A stretch of DNA of 64,000 nucleotides, taken from NCBI GenBank assembly GCA_964637295.1, contig CAZWWE010000001.1:121808-185807 (forward strand). The letters run 5' to 3'. The notes beneath the pieces are model-generated. The model was not told the DNA's origin, did no database searches, and worked only from the letters and a program-made list of their open reading frames with translations. This stretch comes from an uncultured Pseudomonadales bacterium. GTDB lineage: Bacteria; Patescibacteriota; Microgenomatia; UBA1400; PJMF01. Below are positions 45,336 through 59,200 of this stretch, piece after piece (position 1 is the first letter of the stretch; every line of letters starts with the position of its first letter). The translations under genes and the position numbers were made by a program.

Positions 45336-47717
45336 ATGAATCCATTTTTATTGGCAGAAAGAAAAAAAGCCAAAAAACATCGTCGCCAAATCGCTGACAA
45401 AGGCTTTGCTGTCATTGAACAAATTAAAAATCATCGTTTGTATCAATTAATTCTATTGAGCATTGTTTTAATTTTTTTTGGTGTGCTAATTTATTTATAC
45501 AAACAACTACCTTCTCCCAACAATTTGACCGCTAATGAAAATTTTCCCGTCAGTACACAGATTTTTGATCGTCATGGCACCTTGCTTTATGAAATTTATG
45601 GCCAAGAAAATCGTATTCCCATCAAGATTGGCGATTTACCAGATCACGTTTTACAGGCTACAGTGGCCATTGAAGATAAAAAATTCTATTCACATCATGG
45701 CCTAGATTTAAGTGGTTTAATTCGTGCCAGTTTAAAAAATTTCCGCGGTGGTAATTTGCAAGGCGGCTCAACCATTACTCAACAATTGGTCAAAAATGCC
45801 TTATTAAGCAAAGAAAAAACTTTGCAGAGAAAAATCAAGGAAGCCGTGCTGGCCCTCATGACCGAAATTATTTACAGTAAGCAAGAAATTTTAGAAATGT
45901 ACTTAAATTATATTTCTTATGGCGGCACAGCCGTTGGCATTGAAGCTGCGGCTAATAAATATTTTAATAAATCTGCCAAAGATTTAAGTTTAGCTGAAGC
46001 CAGTCTTTTAGCGGGTTTACCTCAAGCTCCAACTATTTATTCACCTTTTGGTTCTAATCCCGAAAAAGGAAAAAATCGCCAAAAAGAAGTTTTGCGTCGC
46101 ATGGTTGAAGATGGTTACATTAGTCAAGCAGAAGCCGATCAAGCCAGTAACGAAATTCTAGCCCTGGCACTTTCTAAAACTGACATCAAGGCTCCACATT
46201 TCGTTTTTTACATCAAAGATTTGCTTTATGCTAAATATGGTGAAAAAACTGTTGAAACAGGAGGTTTGCGGGTCACCACTACGCTTGATTTAAGCTTGCA
46301 AGAAACCGCTCAAGCATCTTTATCAGGCGAGCTGAAAAAACTCAGTCATTTAAAAGTGGGTAACGGCGCAGCCTTAGTAAGCAAACCAAATACTGGCGAA
46401 ATTTTAGCGATGATTGGCTCTAAAGACTACTTTGATAATGAAGCCGACGGTCAAGTTAACGTCACTTTGTCTCTCAGACAACCGGGCTCTTCCATTAAAC
46501 CAATTATGTACGCCACTGCCTTTGCGAAAAAAACTCTCAATCCCGGCACGATGCTTTTAGATATCCCCACCTGTTTTCGCGTTGCTGGACAAAAAGATTA
46601 CTGTCCCAAAAATTACACTGGCGCATTCATGGGCCCAGTCACTATTCGTCAGGCTTTGGGCAACTCACTGAATATCCCTGCTGTCAAAGCTTTAGCCACG
46701 ATTGGCATTGAGACTTTCATTAAACAAGCTCAACTGATGGGCATCAATACTTGGACTGATCCGGCTAATTATGGCCTATCTTTAACTCTGGGAGGGGGCG
46801 AAGTTAAAATGATTGAGCTAGCAGAAGCTTTTGGTGTCTTAGCTAATCAGGGCGTACGTTTGCCTCTGACTGGAATTTTAGAAATCAGCAATTATAAGGG
46901 CGAAGTTTTGGAAAAATATGATCCTGAACAAGCTCGAGCTGACGTCGCCTTCTTAACTGAAAATGAGTTAGTGTTGGAACAAAATCAAGCCAAAAGAGTG
47001 ATGGAACGTGCACCAGCCTACTTGACCAATCATATTATGCAAGATAATAATGCTCGAGTTAACGCTTTTGGCTCAAATTCAAAGTTAGTCATCAAAAATA
47101 AAATTGTTTCTGCCAAAACTGGCACCACCAATGATCTCAAAGATAACTGGACAGTCGGCTACACTCCAGATTATCTGACTATTGTCTGGGTAGGTAATAA
47201 TAATAGTCAATCTATGAGTTATTTAGCTTCTGGTATTACTGGTGCGGCTCCAATTTGGCATGATATTATGACTTGGATTTTACAAGATCAAGAAGTGAGC
47301 TGGATAGAAAAACCAAACGATGTCAAAATTGCCAATCTTTGTTTAACGGGCATGCCAGCAAAAGCTGGTCTTGGAACTTTATTAATTAATGACCCCAATC
47401 ATCAAGATAAAAATTTAAGTCTAACTAATACTGATACTGATCCGATTGCCAGTTGTGAAAGCAAGGGCCAAGAATTATATTGGGAAAACTCCAAACCAAG
47501 CTATGCAGGGACTTTTCGCAAAGCATATTGGATTCGCAGTAGCACTGGCTTGCCGCCCAAAGAAGGTGAGGAAGCAACTGATTTGCAACTTGAAGAACAT
47601 AGCTTTTTTTATGATCCTTTAACCAAACTTTATTGTGCTGATTGTAACCGCCCCACTGACGAAACTGGCAAAATTATTTATGAAGCACAAATCGTTGATG
47701 TCAAAAATATTTTTTAG
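45336..47717 (+). CDS. Class A penicillin-binding protein
   Basis: AIEDKKFYSH, GGSTITQQL, GSSIKP, SLN, KTGT. Confidence 0.96.
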   Translation: MNPFLLAERKKAKKHRRQIADKGFAVIEQIKNHRLYQLILLSIVLIFFGVLIYLYKQLPSPNNLTANENFPVSTQIFDRHGTLLYEIYGQENRIPIKIGDLPDHVLQATVAIEDKKFYSHHGLDLSGLIRASLKNFRGGNLQGGSTITQQLVKNALLSKEKTLQRKIKEAVLALMTEIIYSKQEILEMYLNYISYGGTAVGIEAAANKYFNKSAKDLSLAEASLLAGLPQAPTIYSPFGSNPEKGKNRQKEVLRRMVEDGYISQAEADQASNEILALALSKTDIKAPHFVFYIKDLLYAKYGEKTVETGGLRVTTTLDLSLQETAQASLSGELKKLSHLKVGNGAALVSKPNTGEILAMIGSKDYFDNEADGQVNVTLSLRQPGSSIKPIMYATAFAKKTLNPGTMLLDIPTCFRVAGQKDYCPKNYTGAFMGPVTIRQALGNSLNIPAVKALATIGIETFIKQAQLMGINTWTDPANYGLSLTLGGGEVKMIELAEAFGVLANQGVRLPLTGILEISNYKGEVLEKYDPEQARADVAFLTENELVLEQNQAKRVMERAPAYLTNHIMQDNNARVNAFGSNSKLVIKNKIVSAKTGTTNDLKDNWTVGYTPDYLTIVWVGNNNSQSMSYLASGITGAAPIWHDIMTWILQDQEVSWIEKPNDVKIANLCLTGMPAKAGLGTLLINDPNHQDKNLSLTNTDTDPIASCESKGQELYWENSKPSYAGTFRKAYWIRSSTGLPPKEGEEATDLQLEEHSFFYDPLTKLYCADCNRPTDETGKIIYEAQIVDVKNIF

Positions 47718-48921
47718 TCTTTTTTTATTTTTATTGCTAATTTTTATTATTTTATTTTCCATTAATATTTTTTACGAAATGCCTTTGTCCTCAGCGATTA
47801 ATAATGATAGCCGCTTGCGTTATCTTAAAGAATTAATTATTCCTAAAAAAGATAAAAAAGTAGTTTACGGTTTTTTACCCTATTGGAATCTTCGGGAAAC
47901 AAAGATCGAAAAAGAATTGACTCATCTAGCTTATTTCGGCTTAAATATTCAAGCCAATGGTGAAATTATGATTAAAAATGCCGATGGCAGTCTTGATCCT
48001 GGCTATCGAAACATGAATGAAGACATATTTTTAGAGTTAGCTACACAAATGCAAGCACAAAATGGCCAAGTGGAGCTGGTGCTCAAACAATTTGATGCTG
48101 ATGAAATCAGAGCTTTTTTAACTAATGAAAAAGCTCATCTTAAATTCTTGCAAAGCTTAGATTCCTTGCTCTTGGCTTATCCCATTGGCGGTATTAATAT
48201 TGACATCGAATATGCGGGCGAAAATAGTCAAGACTTACGCGAACATTTCCTCACCTTTTTACGCAAATTAGATTGGTATTTAGATAGTAAATATCCAAAC
48301 ATTTCACTCAGCATTGATGTTTATGCCAGTGCCGCGAGCAATCAGCAAAGCATTTGGGATCTGGAAAAACTTAGCCAATACCTTGATTACGTGATTGTCA
48401 TGGCTTACGATTTTCACCAAAGAAGCAGCGAACAGGCTGGGCCAGTCGCACCGTTGTTTAGTGAAAGCAACTCCTGGAACAAAGATATTAATCAACATCT
48501 AAAACAATTTTTTACTTTAATTCCGAGAGAAAAGATTTTATTGGGCATTCCTTTTTATGGTTATGGCTGGCGCACTGATTCTAATCAACCCAAAGCCAAT
48601 ACTTATCAAGATACAGGTTTTACTGTCAGTTATAAAAAAGCCAAAGAACTACTCAATTTAGCCGCTGGACAGCAACAAGAAGACAGCAGTTGGCCTGGAG
48701 CAAGTAAGATTCAATCAGGTTTTGATGAAAACGCCCTTTCTCCATATTTAAGTTACCAACAAGATGGAGAGCAATACCTAATTTATTACGAAGATCCGAT
48801 TTCAATCGCTTATAAGCTCGAATATGCTCGTCAACTAAATCTGGCGGGAATTGCCATTTGGGCACTGGGCTACGAAGATGCTGACGGCACCCTCTGGCAA
48901 GCGATCAAAAACGGCATCTAA
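47698..48921 (+). CDS. GH18 glycoside hydrolase, membrane-anchored
   Basis: VYGFLPYW, GINIDIEY, VMAYDFH, GPVAP, LLGIPFYG, GIAIWALG; likely start MSKIFF. Confidence 0.88.
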   Translation: MSKIFFSLFLFLLLIFIILFSINIFYEMPLSSAINNDSRLRYLKELIIPKKDKKVVYGFLPYWNLRETKIEKELTHLAYFGLNIQANGEIMIKNADGSLDPGYRNMNEDIFLELATQMQAQNGQVELVLKQFDADEIRAFLTNEKAHLKFLQSLDSLLLAYPIGGINIDIEYAGENSQDLREHFLTFLRKLDWYLDSKYPNISLSIDVYASAASNQQSIWDLEKLSQYLDYVIVMAYDFHQRSSEQAGPVAPLFSESNSWNKDINQHLKQFFTLIPREKILLGIPFYGYGWRTDSNQPKANTYQDTGFTVSYKKAKELLNLAAGQQQEDSSWPGASKIQSGFDENALSPYLSYQQDGEQYLIYYEDPISIAYKLEYARQLNLAGIAIWALGYEDADGTLWQAIKNGI

Positions 48922-48953
48922 GAAAAATAACAAGGCGGTTTTCTACCAAATTT

Positions 48954-49667
48954 CTACCAAATTTCGTAAGTCACAGAAACTACTTTGGCTACTTCAATTT
49001 TTTCTGGGGCAGTAGCGGCAAAATCAGCGGCTAAAACATCGCCATTCTGTTCTTGAGAAGAAAGAGTGCCGGCCACTTCGCTTAGATCATCGGTAATCGT
49101 CACAATTCTACCCAAACGTTTACCAGCAGCGCGAGCAATTTTTTTGGCTTGCTCACGGGCGTCCTTCATCGCTGCTTGACGCGCTTCCTGAGTAATCTCG
49201 GTCTGTTGATCGGGTAAAAAGCTAATGTTATTGATGGTGACGGCCCCATTAGTATAAAGAGCCTTGATCAGATCAGAGGTTTTAGCGGGCTCAAAGCTAG
49301 TTAGCTTAAACACATTGACCACTTGATAAAGCTTGTCGCCGCCAACAATGGTGGGTGTAATTTGATAAAAAGCTCTTTGAATTTCTGGGTTCGTCAACAT
49401 ACTTTTGCTCTGATCGATTAGAGTTTTGGTGCTGGTTTCACCTTGATTGACTGCTACCACCGGATCTACACTTGAGTCAACTCGGCTGACCGTCATTTCG
49501 ACTTTGGCTGGCGCAACCTGCAATTTGCCTGTGCCAACTACGGTGATGACTGCCGGTTTGAGGATCACACTGCGCAGCAAAATAAAAAAACCGATGCCCA
49601 ACAATAAAACCCATAAAAGTGATTTTTTATTTGATAAGGTGGGTGGAAAAGTGACAGGAATTTGCAT
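48954..49667 (-). CDS. SIMPL (DUF541) domain protein
   Basis: ITVVGTG...VAP, ARQAAMKDAREQAKKIA..AGKRLGRIV, VSVTYEI. Confidence 0.85.
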   Translation of the reverse strand: MQIPVTFPPTLSNKKSLLWVLLLGIGFFILLRSVILKPAVITVVGTGKLQVAPAKVEMTVSRVDSSVDPVVAVNQGETSTKTLIDQSKSMLTNPEIQRAFYQITPTIVGGDKLYQVVNVFKLTSFEPAKTSDLIKALYTNGAVTINNISFLPDQQTEITQEARQAAMKDAREQAKKIARAAGKRLGRIVTITDDLSEVAGTLSSQEQNGDVLAADFAATAPEKIEVAKVVSVTYEIW

Positions 49668-49732
49668 CTTAACTAAAAGTTTAGCATAAATCTTGGCCCA
49701 AAAATAGCAGAAAATTTGCTATACTAAAAATC

Positions 49733-50263
49733 ATGTGGAAAAAGAAAAGCTGGCCAAAATTTAATTTATTTCAAAAAATTTTTGCTAATCAAAAAATCGC
49801 CTTGTTGATCAGTTCTTTGGACAAATTCTTTATTAAATTACCTCACTTGCCTAAAAAACTCAGGCTACTGATCAGCCGTTTTGTGCCTTTCTTAGCCTTG
49901 ATTTTCGGTTTAATTGGCCTAGTAGCGAGCATATTGGCTGGTTCTTTTGTCGTTCTGGGCTTGCTCGCCGGCGAATGGGGCTTTTTAGCTGAAAATGCCT
50001 TCAACTTTGGGATAACTTTGCTAAGCGCCCTCCTGCTACTAAAATCTTTCAAACCGCTGCGGGCGGGCAACGCTGTGGGTTGGATTTATCTTTTTTGGTC
50101 AGAAATTTTGGAAGTCATCAACTTGATCGTGCGCACCATCAATCAAGAAAGTGGTTTGATTTGGAATTTAGTCATAATCATCTTGAGTTTTTACTGCTTA
50201 TTTGAAATTGGACAATTCTACGTGTATAAGAAAGAGAAGGAAAAAGGATTAAATACAATTTGA
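49733..50263 (+). CDS. Hypothetical membrane protein
   Basis: KLPHLP then 4 TM, GW.Y.F, Y.LFEI; leaderless start. Confidence 0.75.
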   Translation: MWKKKSWPKFNLFQKIFANQKIALLISSLDKFFIKLPHLPKKLRLLISRFVPFLALIFGLIGLVASILAGSFVVLGLLAGEWGFLAENAFNFGITLLSALLLLKSFKPLRAGNAVGWIYLFWSEILEVINLIVRTINQESGLIWNLVIIILSFYCLFEIGQFYVYKKEKEKGLNTI

Positions 50264-53200
50264 TTCTTAAGTTTTTCATATAAAGAATTTAGAAGTATTT
50301 CTTCATCATTTAAGTTATCACTATTTGTTTCAAATGATTCTAGACCAAAAACATCTAGTCCAATACTTTCTAAAAAGCTCTTACCATCATAGATTGTTTT
50401 TTCTGTGCCGTTTATATAGTCACTTAGATGATCATTTCCTATTCTTAACAACATTCTGTTTATAGCAGCCATGTTTTTTACAAATAATCTCATATTCAAA
50501 GGAAATTCTAGCTTAAGTCTATCTGTTTCTTGCATCATGGCATTAAAAAATGAAATTTGTGAATTACTATCTGTATCGCGTTTGATTAGCTTTTCTTTAA
50601 GAGCAACTCTTAAATACGAAGCGTAGGCTTTCCAATAATTAAATAGTCCACTTTTTCTAACTTGATTACTGTTTAATAGATATCTTGTCAAATTAACAAA
50701 TTTATGAAAATCAGTTTCTTGATTAGACAAGAGAATTTTTATTAAATCAACTTCTTCTTGAGAAAGAACTAAATAATAACTTCTGTCGATAACTGAAACA
50801 TTGGATAAGGCTTCATCGGCCATAATATTTCCAATATGCAAATCAGAGTGCAAAATATAAGCTGTTTTACCATCTGCCAAGGTAACAGGGTAATTGAGAT
50901 GTTTGACATAATCGGTAACGATATCAGAAATCAATTCTTCAATACGCTTCGCTCTCTCATTATCCTGATTATTCACATGATGGTTTTCGCTAATTAATTC
51001 ATTTTCAAAATTTGCAATTAGATTTTTTAAAGTATCGCCCTCAACATAATCTTCAATTTTAATCCAACGGTTATAAATTTCGTGCTTGTTTGAAGTATTG
51101 AAAGTAAAACCAAACCTCGATTGATGTGGATATAATTGATTAAACAGGATGTCATTCGAGATAAAATTTTTATCTTGTATGTCTTCAGTATTCCATTGCT
51201 CTAGAGTATTAATTAATCTTTGAACAACTTCGTAATTTTTCTTATTACTTTTATCTAACTTCTGCAAATCATTGACAACTGACTCCACTAAAGTTCTCGT
51301 TTCTGCTACATCTATAATCACATTGGGATTACTGATTTTAAGAACTTTCATAGTTATCTCATCGTTCGTTGGATTGAGAATTTCCACTAGATAAGTTGTA
51401 TTAATTGATCCACCTCCAATTTTTTTAATGATTCTGATATTGGGTAATAATTCTTTGAGCTGCTTTGCTTGCGCCAAATTATAATCAATTTCTTCTTGAG
51501 AAGCTGCATTAGCTGGATTTTGTAAGGAATCAATGGCTGTTTCTGCACTTTGAAATAAATTCGCCATATATAAATTTGAGGCATTATCATAAACACTTAA
51601 AAATTCTTGCTGCAACTCTTTTGGTAAATCAAAATATTGACCAAATACTTGCAAAAACCGCACTCCCAAGCTGCCCAAGCTTTTAGCCAATTCAACAATG
51701 AATTGACCGGTCTGAATCTTACCGTTATTGCTTAAGTTTTGAATTGGCTCTCTTTTAATACCAAACTTTTTTAAACTTCTAAGAGCAATATTCTCAAATT
51801 GAGCGTTGAGATCAAAGACAAACTGATAATTACTGTTTTTGTTTATAACAATATTTTTATCTTGATTGAATAAATTTGTTAGCATTTTTCTAACTTTTTC
51901 TCGATAGTCCTCTGCAACGTCTGATGGCAAATTTTCACTGATTATTGTTTCAACTGCATAATTATTACTGACCGCTCTAGGATTTCCCTGCAAAAAACTA
52001 TCAGCTAGGGCTCTAGAAATACCCAATTCAATGCGCGTTGAACCTTCAACCTGGGATAAAGTTGAGCTAATAATATTTTTTAAAAGAGGTTTTAAATTTA
52101 ATTCTTCAGAATCTTCAAGCTGATCAGTTAAAAATGTAGCTATTTTGAGATGATTATCCTCATTCAATAGTAATTTTTCAGATAGCAATTTGGCAATAAA
52201 AGCTGTTTTTTCTAATTTTGATAAATTATAGAAACTCGCCACAAATTCCTCAAAAGTTGGAAAAGACGTTAATCCTGGACCAGACAAGTTGCCATTTTCA
52301 TCAACAAAAACGCTTGTTTTTTTGTGAATTAAGTAACTCGCTATTATAGAAAAAGCTTGCAAACTGCCGGAGTCTCTATCATAAGTTAATAGCGATGAAT
52401 AATATTTTGCTAAATAGTATTTAACTTTTTCGTGATCTCCTTTTATTGAGGCTTCAAAAAATCCGAGTAAATCTGTCTCATTCATATTAGTAATATAGTT
52501 TGAAACTAGAGTATCAACAGCAACTGTTCTGTCTAAACTCTTTTGCTCCGACCCCAAACTTTGATTTAAACTCTGATCTTCAGAAATAATTTTATATTCC
52601 TCAAAAGTTTTGACATGACTTTCTAAGAAAAAATGTATGTATTGATTATGTCCATTTTCTAAAGATTGTTTGAGAAAATCATACGCCTCATTAAAAGGTA
52701 ACTCTTGAAAGAGCTTAATCGCAATTTCTTCAAGAATTTGATTTTTAGTTTGCAATGAAGGGAAATTTTTTTCAAGAAAATTATACAAATCAACTCCTTG
52801 TAAATTTTTGGATTTTTCTTCAACAAACTTTAATTCATAGCTGATCAAGGGTTTTAATAAATTTGCTTCAACTTCATTGGTTCCAAAATAATATTCTTCA
52901 CCAGCTGTTCGATCTATGGCCGAAGCATAACGTCCGTTAGCTAATTCAAAAAACCATCTTAATTGAGTCGATACAGAAAAATTTATTGTTTCAGGAGCAA
53001 AATGAATACCTGGTCGAAAACCACTAATGTCTTGATTGATATCAGAAATATTTAAAGTGTTTAAATAGTTTTGCAATTCTTGGATGATCGTAAAATTACT
53101 AAACAAAGAAAAATTTTTATTAGACAATGGAGTATTTTTGCAAGCTTCTCTGATTTCATCAAAATATTCAGCTAAAATCTGCCATTCTTTGTCGTAAATT

Positions 53201-56200
53201 AGACTTTTTAGATAATCTAGGTACTGATCCTGAAGTTGCCTGTTTAGATCCAAAAAGGCTTGATCTATATTCGTTTGATCATCGAAATCCGACAACAAAA
53301 ACGAGTTCTTAAAAAAAGTAAGAATAAAATGTTGAGCCAAGATAAAACTATTGGATTCAATGTCTGCTTCACCTGAAAAAATTTGTTTAAAATTATTTTC
53401 ATTTAAAGCGAACTTAACTAATAAATTATTTAAAAAAACTCGATCTTCTAATTCTAGAAAGCTATGATTTAAGAAATCACTTAGTGTATCAACATCAAAT
53501 CTTGTGACTGGTTTATTTTTTGTAAAAATTGTTAATATTTTTTGATTAAATTCTTGAATTTTTATCTCTTGCTCTGGTTGATTAAGCTTAGAAACTCCTT
53601 TATAAGCAGAGAGGTCAATGTAGGTGTCAGTATCGTCATTTCTTTTTTCATTAAGATCGAGTTTCTTTTTAATATAATTAAAATATTCTTCTCTTTTTTT
53701 TAATTCACTATATTTAAAATTATTATTCGAATATTCTAAAATTTGATCTTTAGACCAATTTGGGTTTTGTAGCATTAAATTTATCAATCTGTCCAAATAT
53801 GGTTCTGGATCTAAATCATTTAATCGAATTTCGCTTATCAAGCGATCTTGAAGATCAAGAGATAATGAGTACAAGTGATAGCTTATTGAATGTGCATAAG
53901 CTTGCTTGCCCAGATTTAGACCGCCTGCGAACTGAATAATTAATGGAAATTCTTTTTCTACATCATCGAACAAATCGGATATAGTTTTCCTCAGATTTTT
54001 ATTTTTTAAAAACTCTCTGCGACTTGATAATTGAAAATCAAGAATTGATTGTGGCTTCAAGACTAAATCCGGCTTATTCTTTTCAAGAAGACTTGACCAA
54101 GGATCTTTATTTAACAGTTCCTCATAATATTGGCTATTTAAGTCGGCGTCACTTGGTTTTAGTTTGTTAACTAGATTTCTAGTTTTAAAAAATAATGGCG
54201 AGATAGAAAAATATAATTTGTCATAATCAAAGAGAAAATTAAAATGGAATGCTTCAAAAAAAAGATCTACATGATTATATAAATCGCCAAATCTATCTGT
54301 AGAACTATAGGAAGAAATCCAAAGCAATTTTATCCCTTTGAGTTGATCAGTGTTTACATGAAGATCTCTAAGTAAGTAATCGAATTTTTTGAACTCTTGA
54401 TCAATTATTTCAAGAGTTTGCTGAAATAGAATTGTATTGTAAAGCTTTTGCCAAAAACCAATACTCTTTTTCGATGAATTGTTTATATAATCTTTAGTAT
54501 TACTGACTCTTTTTCTAAAATCAGGAACAAAATTTTCGTAGTATTGTTTTTTAATGCTTGGATTGGCAGCAGAATACAGCCCTTCCCAAACTGCATTTTT
54601 TTTCGAATTGCTTAATTCATAGATAAAACCAAAATTAGTAGCTTTCTTCCACGAAAAAGGCATTGCGGTCGGTCTAATATTTTCTGCAATACCTAATTCT
54701 TGAAAATTAAAGGCTACTTCTAAATTTATGTTTCTATTAAATAAAGAGCCATGATCTAAATCAGAAATTATTTTGAATTTACTCATATTAAAGAGCTGAA
54801 CACCTCTATTACCCCAAAAAGATTTTTTGGCGGTTCTATTATCCGAATAACTACCAATAATTTCTGCGGCTCCCTGAAATGCTTTTGGTTGATACCCTAA
54901 TCTGCCCAACCTGAGCAAAGATGTTCTATCAGCTTTGTATTCTTGTGCTCTACCACTAGTTAATTCAGATAGCATGTCGTTCCAATTCAAAAAATTATCC
55001 TCAAAGTGAGAAAATTCATGAACTAAAATGGCAAACAATTGATCTTTAGTTTCTAATGCATTAATTAAGCCCTGATTAACAACTAAAGAACCATCAGGCA
55101 AAGCAAAAGCATTTAATCCTTGATTAAGAGATACATAAACCTTTGCCTTTGGCAAAGGTTCTTTACCAGCTTCTGCTCTTTCTTGATTAATTAAGTCTGC
55201 TAATTGGTCGACAAAGGTTTGGATATCTCTTACCATTTCATCATCTGTGCTTAAAAATCGAGTGTTGTAATGCTCAGCATTTAAAATATTCCTAATTTCC
55301 TCTAAAACTTCTTCTTTACTTCTCTGCCAATTTCCTTGTATGTGATCAGTGCTATTCAAAGCTATTTCTTGAGAAAGGGGAATTAAATTCATTTTTTTAT
55401 CTAAATCTAACACTGATGTAATGTATGAATTTAATTTTGAGTTTCTTTCTTCTTGATTAAAGTTTTGAGTAAAACCACGCTTTAGCAAAACACTAGCATC
55501 TGTTTTTAATATTCTAGCTTGATCAAAAAAAGTAAAAAATGAAAATCGTCTGCTAATTACATTCTTTATTCCCTGTAATACTCCGCCAATAAGTTTATTG
55601 CGGTTTAGTTTGCCAGCCTTTTCTTCAAATTCAGCCATTTGCTTGAGACCAACAATTGCTGCTGCTTGATTACCTTCTAGAAGATCATTAACATCAGAGA
55701 TTTCTTGCGGAGTCAAATTGAGAGTTTCTGTTTGACGACCAATGCTTAAAAAGCCGGGTTTAGTTACTATGGTCATTTGTTTACTTGCTAGAATTTGCTT
55801 CGCAATGAGAGTGGCTTGATAGACAGAAGTGATGGCACGAGTTGTATCTGCTTTAGTTTGTCTAATCTCTGCTTCTTTAGTATCGACCCAAGCATTGAGG
55901 TAAAGCTGAACACACTGGTTTTGCATACCGTGTGAATTGACCACTTGAAGCCTGGTATCACTGAGTTGTTTAAGGGCTGCTTGTTTCTTATCTGCTGCTT
56001 GCTGAGTAAGAGTTTGCGCTTGCTTCAGATCCCCAGCAGTTTCAGCCTCACCAACTTGCACAAGCAGAGCTTCTGCTTCTTGCATCAGGGCATTCGCCTT
56101 TTCTACTCCAGCTTGGGTATCTAAGCGCACTTGATTGCAATCGGAGCAGAGGGAGGAAAAATCGAGTAAATTTGATTCAGGGCTATCTGTTTGCAAAGAT

Positions 56201-59200
56201 TGATATTCAACATTGATGGAATTAAGGGCTGATCTAAATCTGTTCTCAGTTTCAGTAAAAGAAGGATTGTCAGTTAAATTTACTTCAATAAGGTGATTGA
56301 GCAAATAATCTTTATACCTAATTTCTAACAATATCTTTTTCTTTAATTCTTGAAATTTCAATAAATCAACAGTTTGGATTCCTGCTTCGTTTAAAATTAT
56401 TGGCAAAGATAAATCTTGTCCAGTGAAATAACTAAAATTACCCATTTCATTTTCAAATAATTGACTCAATAAATCGTTAAGCTCTTGTTGATATTCATTT
56501 ATTTCCTTATCAAAAGAAAATTTAGCGGCAGTCTTTTTAAAAGCAATAGAAAAAATTATTTTGCGTAAATCCTGCGAAGATGTAATTTCTGGAGGCAAAT
56601 CATTTTTATAAATTCTAAACAACATTTCTAATTCATGTTTCAAATTTTCAATATCTGAGTCTCTAATTTCAGAAACTGCTGAGTTTTTGACATAATCAAT
56701 AAAGATTTTATTTTGAGAAGACAGATGACTAATGATTTTCTTTAAAACTATTGCGACATCCTGCCATTTTTTTGGCTGACCAGGTATTGATTTTGCTACT
56801 TCTATATAAATACTTAATTCATCAATAGCACTGAACGCTTGTAGCAAATTAATGCTACTGGGTAAATCCTTTTCCATTTGTAATTGAGGAATTACTTTAT
56901 CAAAATCATTCAAATTGATAACTAATTTTTCATCTTTATCAACCTCTAATGCAAGTAGGGTGTTAAAAAAAGGAGCTCTCTGCTGCAATCTTCTTTGTAA
57001 TTCAGCGAATACATCTTTAAATAAAAGAGTGGCAAAATCTGATGGAGTATCGTGAATAATTCTTAGAAATTCAGTTGAACCATATTTTGCTTCAATTTTT
57101 TCTCCTAAAACCATGCCTAAGGCATAGGGTCTTAAATATGAGAGATTAATTGAGGCAGCTCTATTTACATAGTTACTAAAAATTGAAAAATCTATAGCAC
57201 CAATCAATTGATTGCTTTGGCCTTGTTTTTTCAGGCCGTTAGAAAATGTTTGGAGAAACCTCGCGCTTGCTCTTTCTCCTCCCATTTCTCCAATAAAAGT
57301 TGATAAATTTCTTTCTGTTTCGTAAGTAAAATGGTCATTTTCCTTCAATATTTGAGTTAAACTAGATATTGAATCAGAATCAAATCTGGAACTGTCAAAA
57401 ATATAATCCAAAACTTCATTAGTGTTTTGTTCTGTTCGTCTAGGCTTGGCAAGCCTATCAACTGCATGATCAACTTCATGAGTAATTGTCGTAATGCAAT
57501 CAAACAAAGACCTGCGATTTAGCTTGTTATTAATAAAAATGGGATGTAAGGTATCATTATCTTTTATTGGCTGAGCATATGCATTGGCAGACTCTTCAAA
57601 AACACTACTAATAATTGGAACGGTTACTTCTTTGCCATTTTTTTTGATTAAGATAGTCGCAATTGGCAAATCTCGACTTAAAGATAAAAATCTTGACAGC
57701 TGTTGTTCATCGGTTAAAATGGTGGCAATATCAGCTATTTGTTGATCACTTAGTCTTTCAACAGAAATTCTAATGATTTCTACCGATTCTTGATAAATTT
57801 CTTTAAAATATTCTTCTAAACTGGCAGCCGCTCCGGCTTGATTGAAAAAGATTTTTGCTTGCGGATCTAATAGTTTATTTATTAAAACCTGTTGCAATTC
57901 AATAGAAACATCCTGTTTTTTAATAGAATCCATTAAATTGGAAATTGCATATTGTATATCTGGATATAAAGATTTAGCACGAAAGATAAATTCTCGCTCG
58001 ATGAAATAAGGTAGGGAAGAAATTTTTTTCGCATTAATTTCATACGAACCATCTGTTAAAATCGTTGCTAAACCTGCTTTAACTAATGAATCAAGATAAT
58101 TTTTTGCAAAATCTAAATTAGAAGAAGTGTCATTAGTTATTAAATCTAAAAGTTGTTTCGGAGATCTGATTTTTTCCTCCGTCTGATCAAATAATTGATC
58201 CGCTTCTCCAACACCTAAATCAGAAACAAGTTGATCTTCTTGGCTTAATTCCTCAAAATTAAGCCAAATATTAATCATTGTTTCTTTTACACTACTAACG
58301 GTTGCTTGCCCCAATTTGATTCCAAATAAATTGCTTTTTAATTCTTTTTCTTCTGTAGAAAAATACATTTGAGCCAATTCTGAAGTACCAATAACTGGAT
58401 TTTTCCCATCTTCTCTGCTGGTGGCTGTTAACAACAGCAATAATCTAATTACTTCAGATTTATAATTAACTGTAATATGTTCACTTAAAAGTTCTTGAAG
58501 TAGCTCTTGTTCGCTCAATCCTTCGTGCTTAACAGTTAGTGCTAGTAATTGAGCAGTTCCTTCATTGAGATAATGATGAAAAACAACGCGATTCGTATTT
58601 TCATATTCGAATCCGCCAAGAGCTAGGGTTTTAATTAATTCTGATGTAACAATGAAATTAACATCTAATTGAGCTGCCTTTTTTTTGTTAATTAAAATTT
58701 CGGTATGTTCAAGAAAATCCAATCTGACATAGCCAAAACTATTAAATTGCTCATTAAGAGCACTGGAAAAAGATTCAATACTATTTTCGTCTTCGATACC
58801 TTTTTCTACTAACCAAGTTAATATTTTATGCGATAGTTGTTGTGAATTTGCCAAGACCGCCTTAGATTTACTTGCTCGCATAATTCCTTCATCTGAAGCA
58901 GAAAACTTATCAAGTAAAACAGATCTGATTTCATCAATCTCAATTATTTCTAGATTTTCGTCCTCATCGGAGTTAACATTCTGACTCAAATTTTCTTCAA
59001 GAATAGGATCAATTTTTTGAGCGTTGACACTTTGAGAGTTTTCAATATGCCTAGCAATTTGCTCTAATTCCTCTAGAGTTAAGGTTTCTAAAGGATCAGC
59101 AATTAACAAGGCTTGACCAGAATTTGTTTGCCATTCACCAATCACATTAATCAACTCAGTTTTGCGTTGTTTTTCAGCAACAAGTCTAGCCGATTCGTGC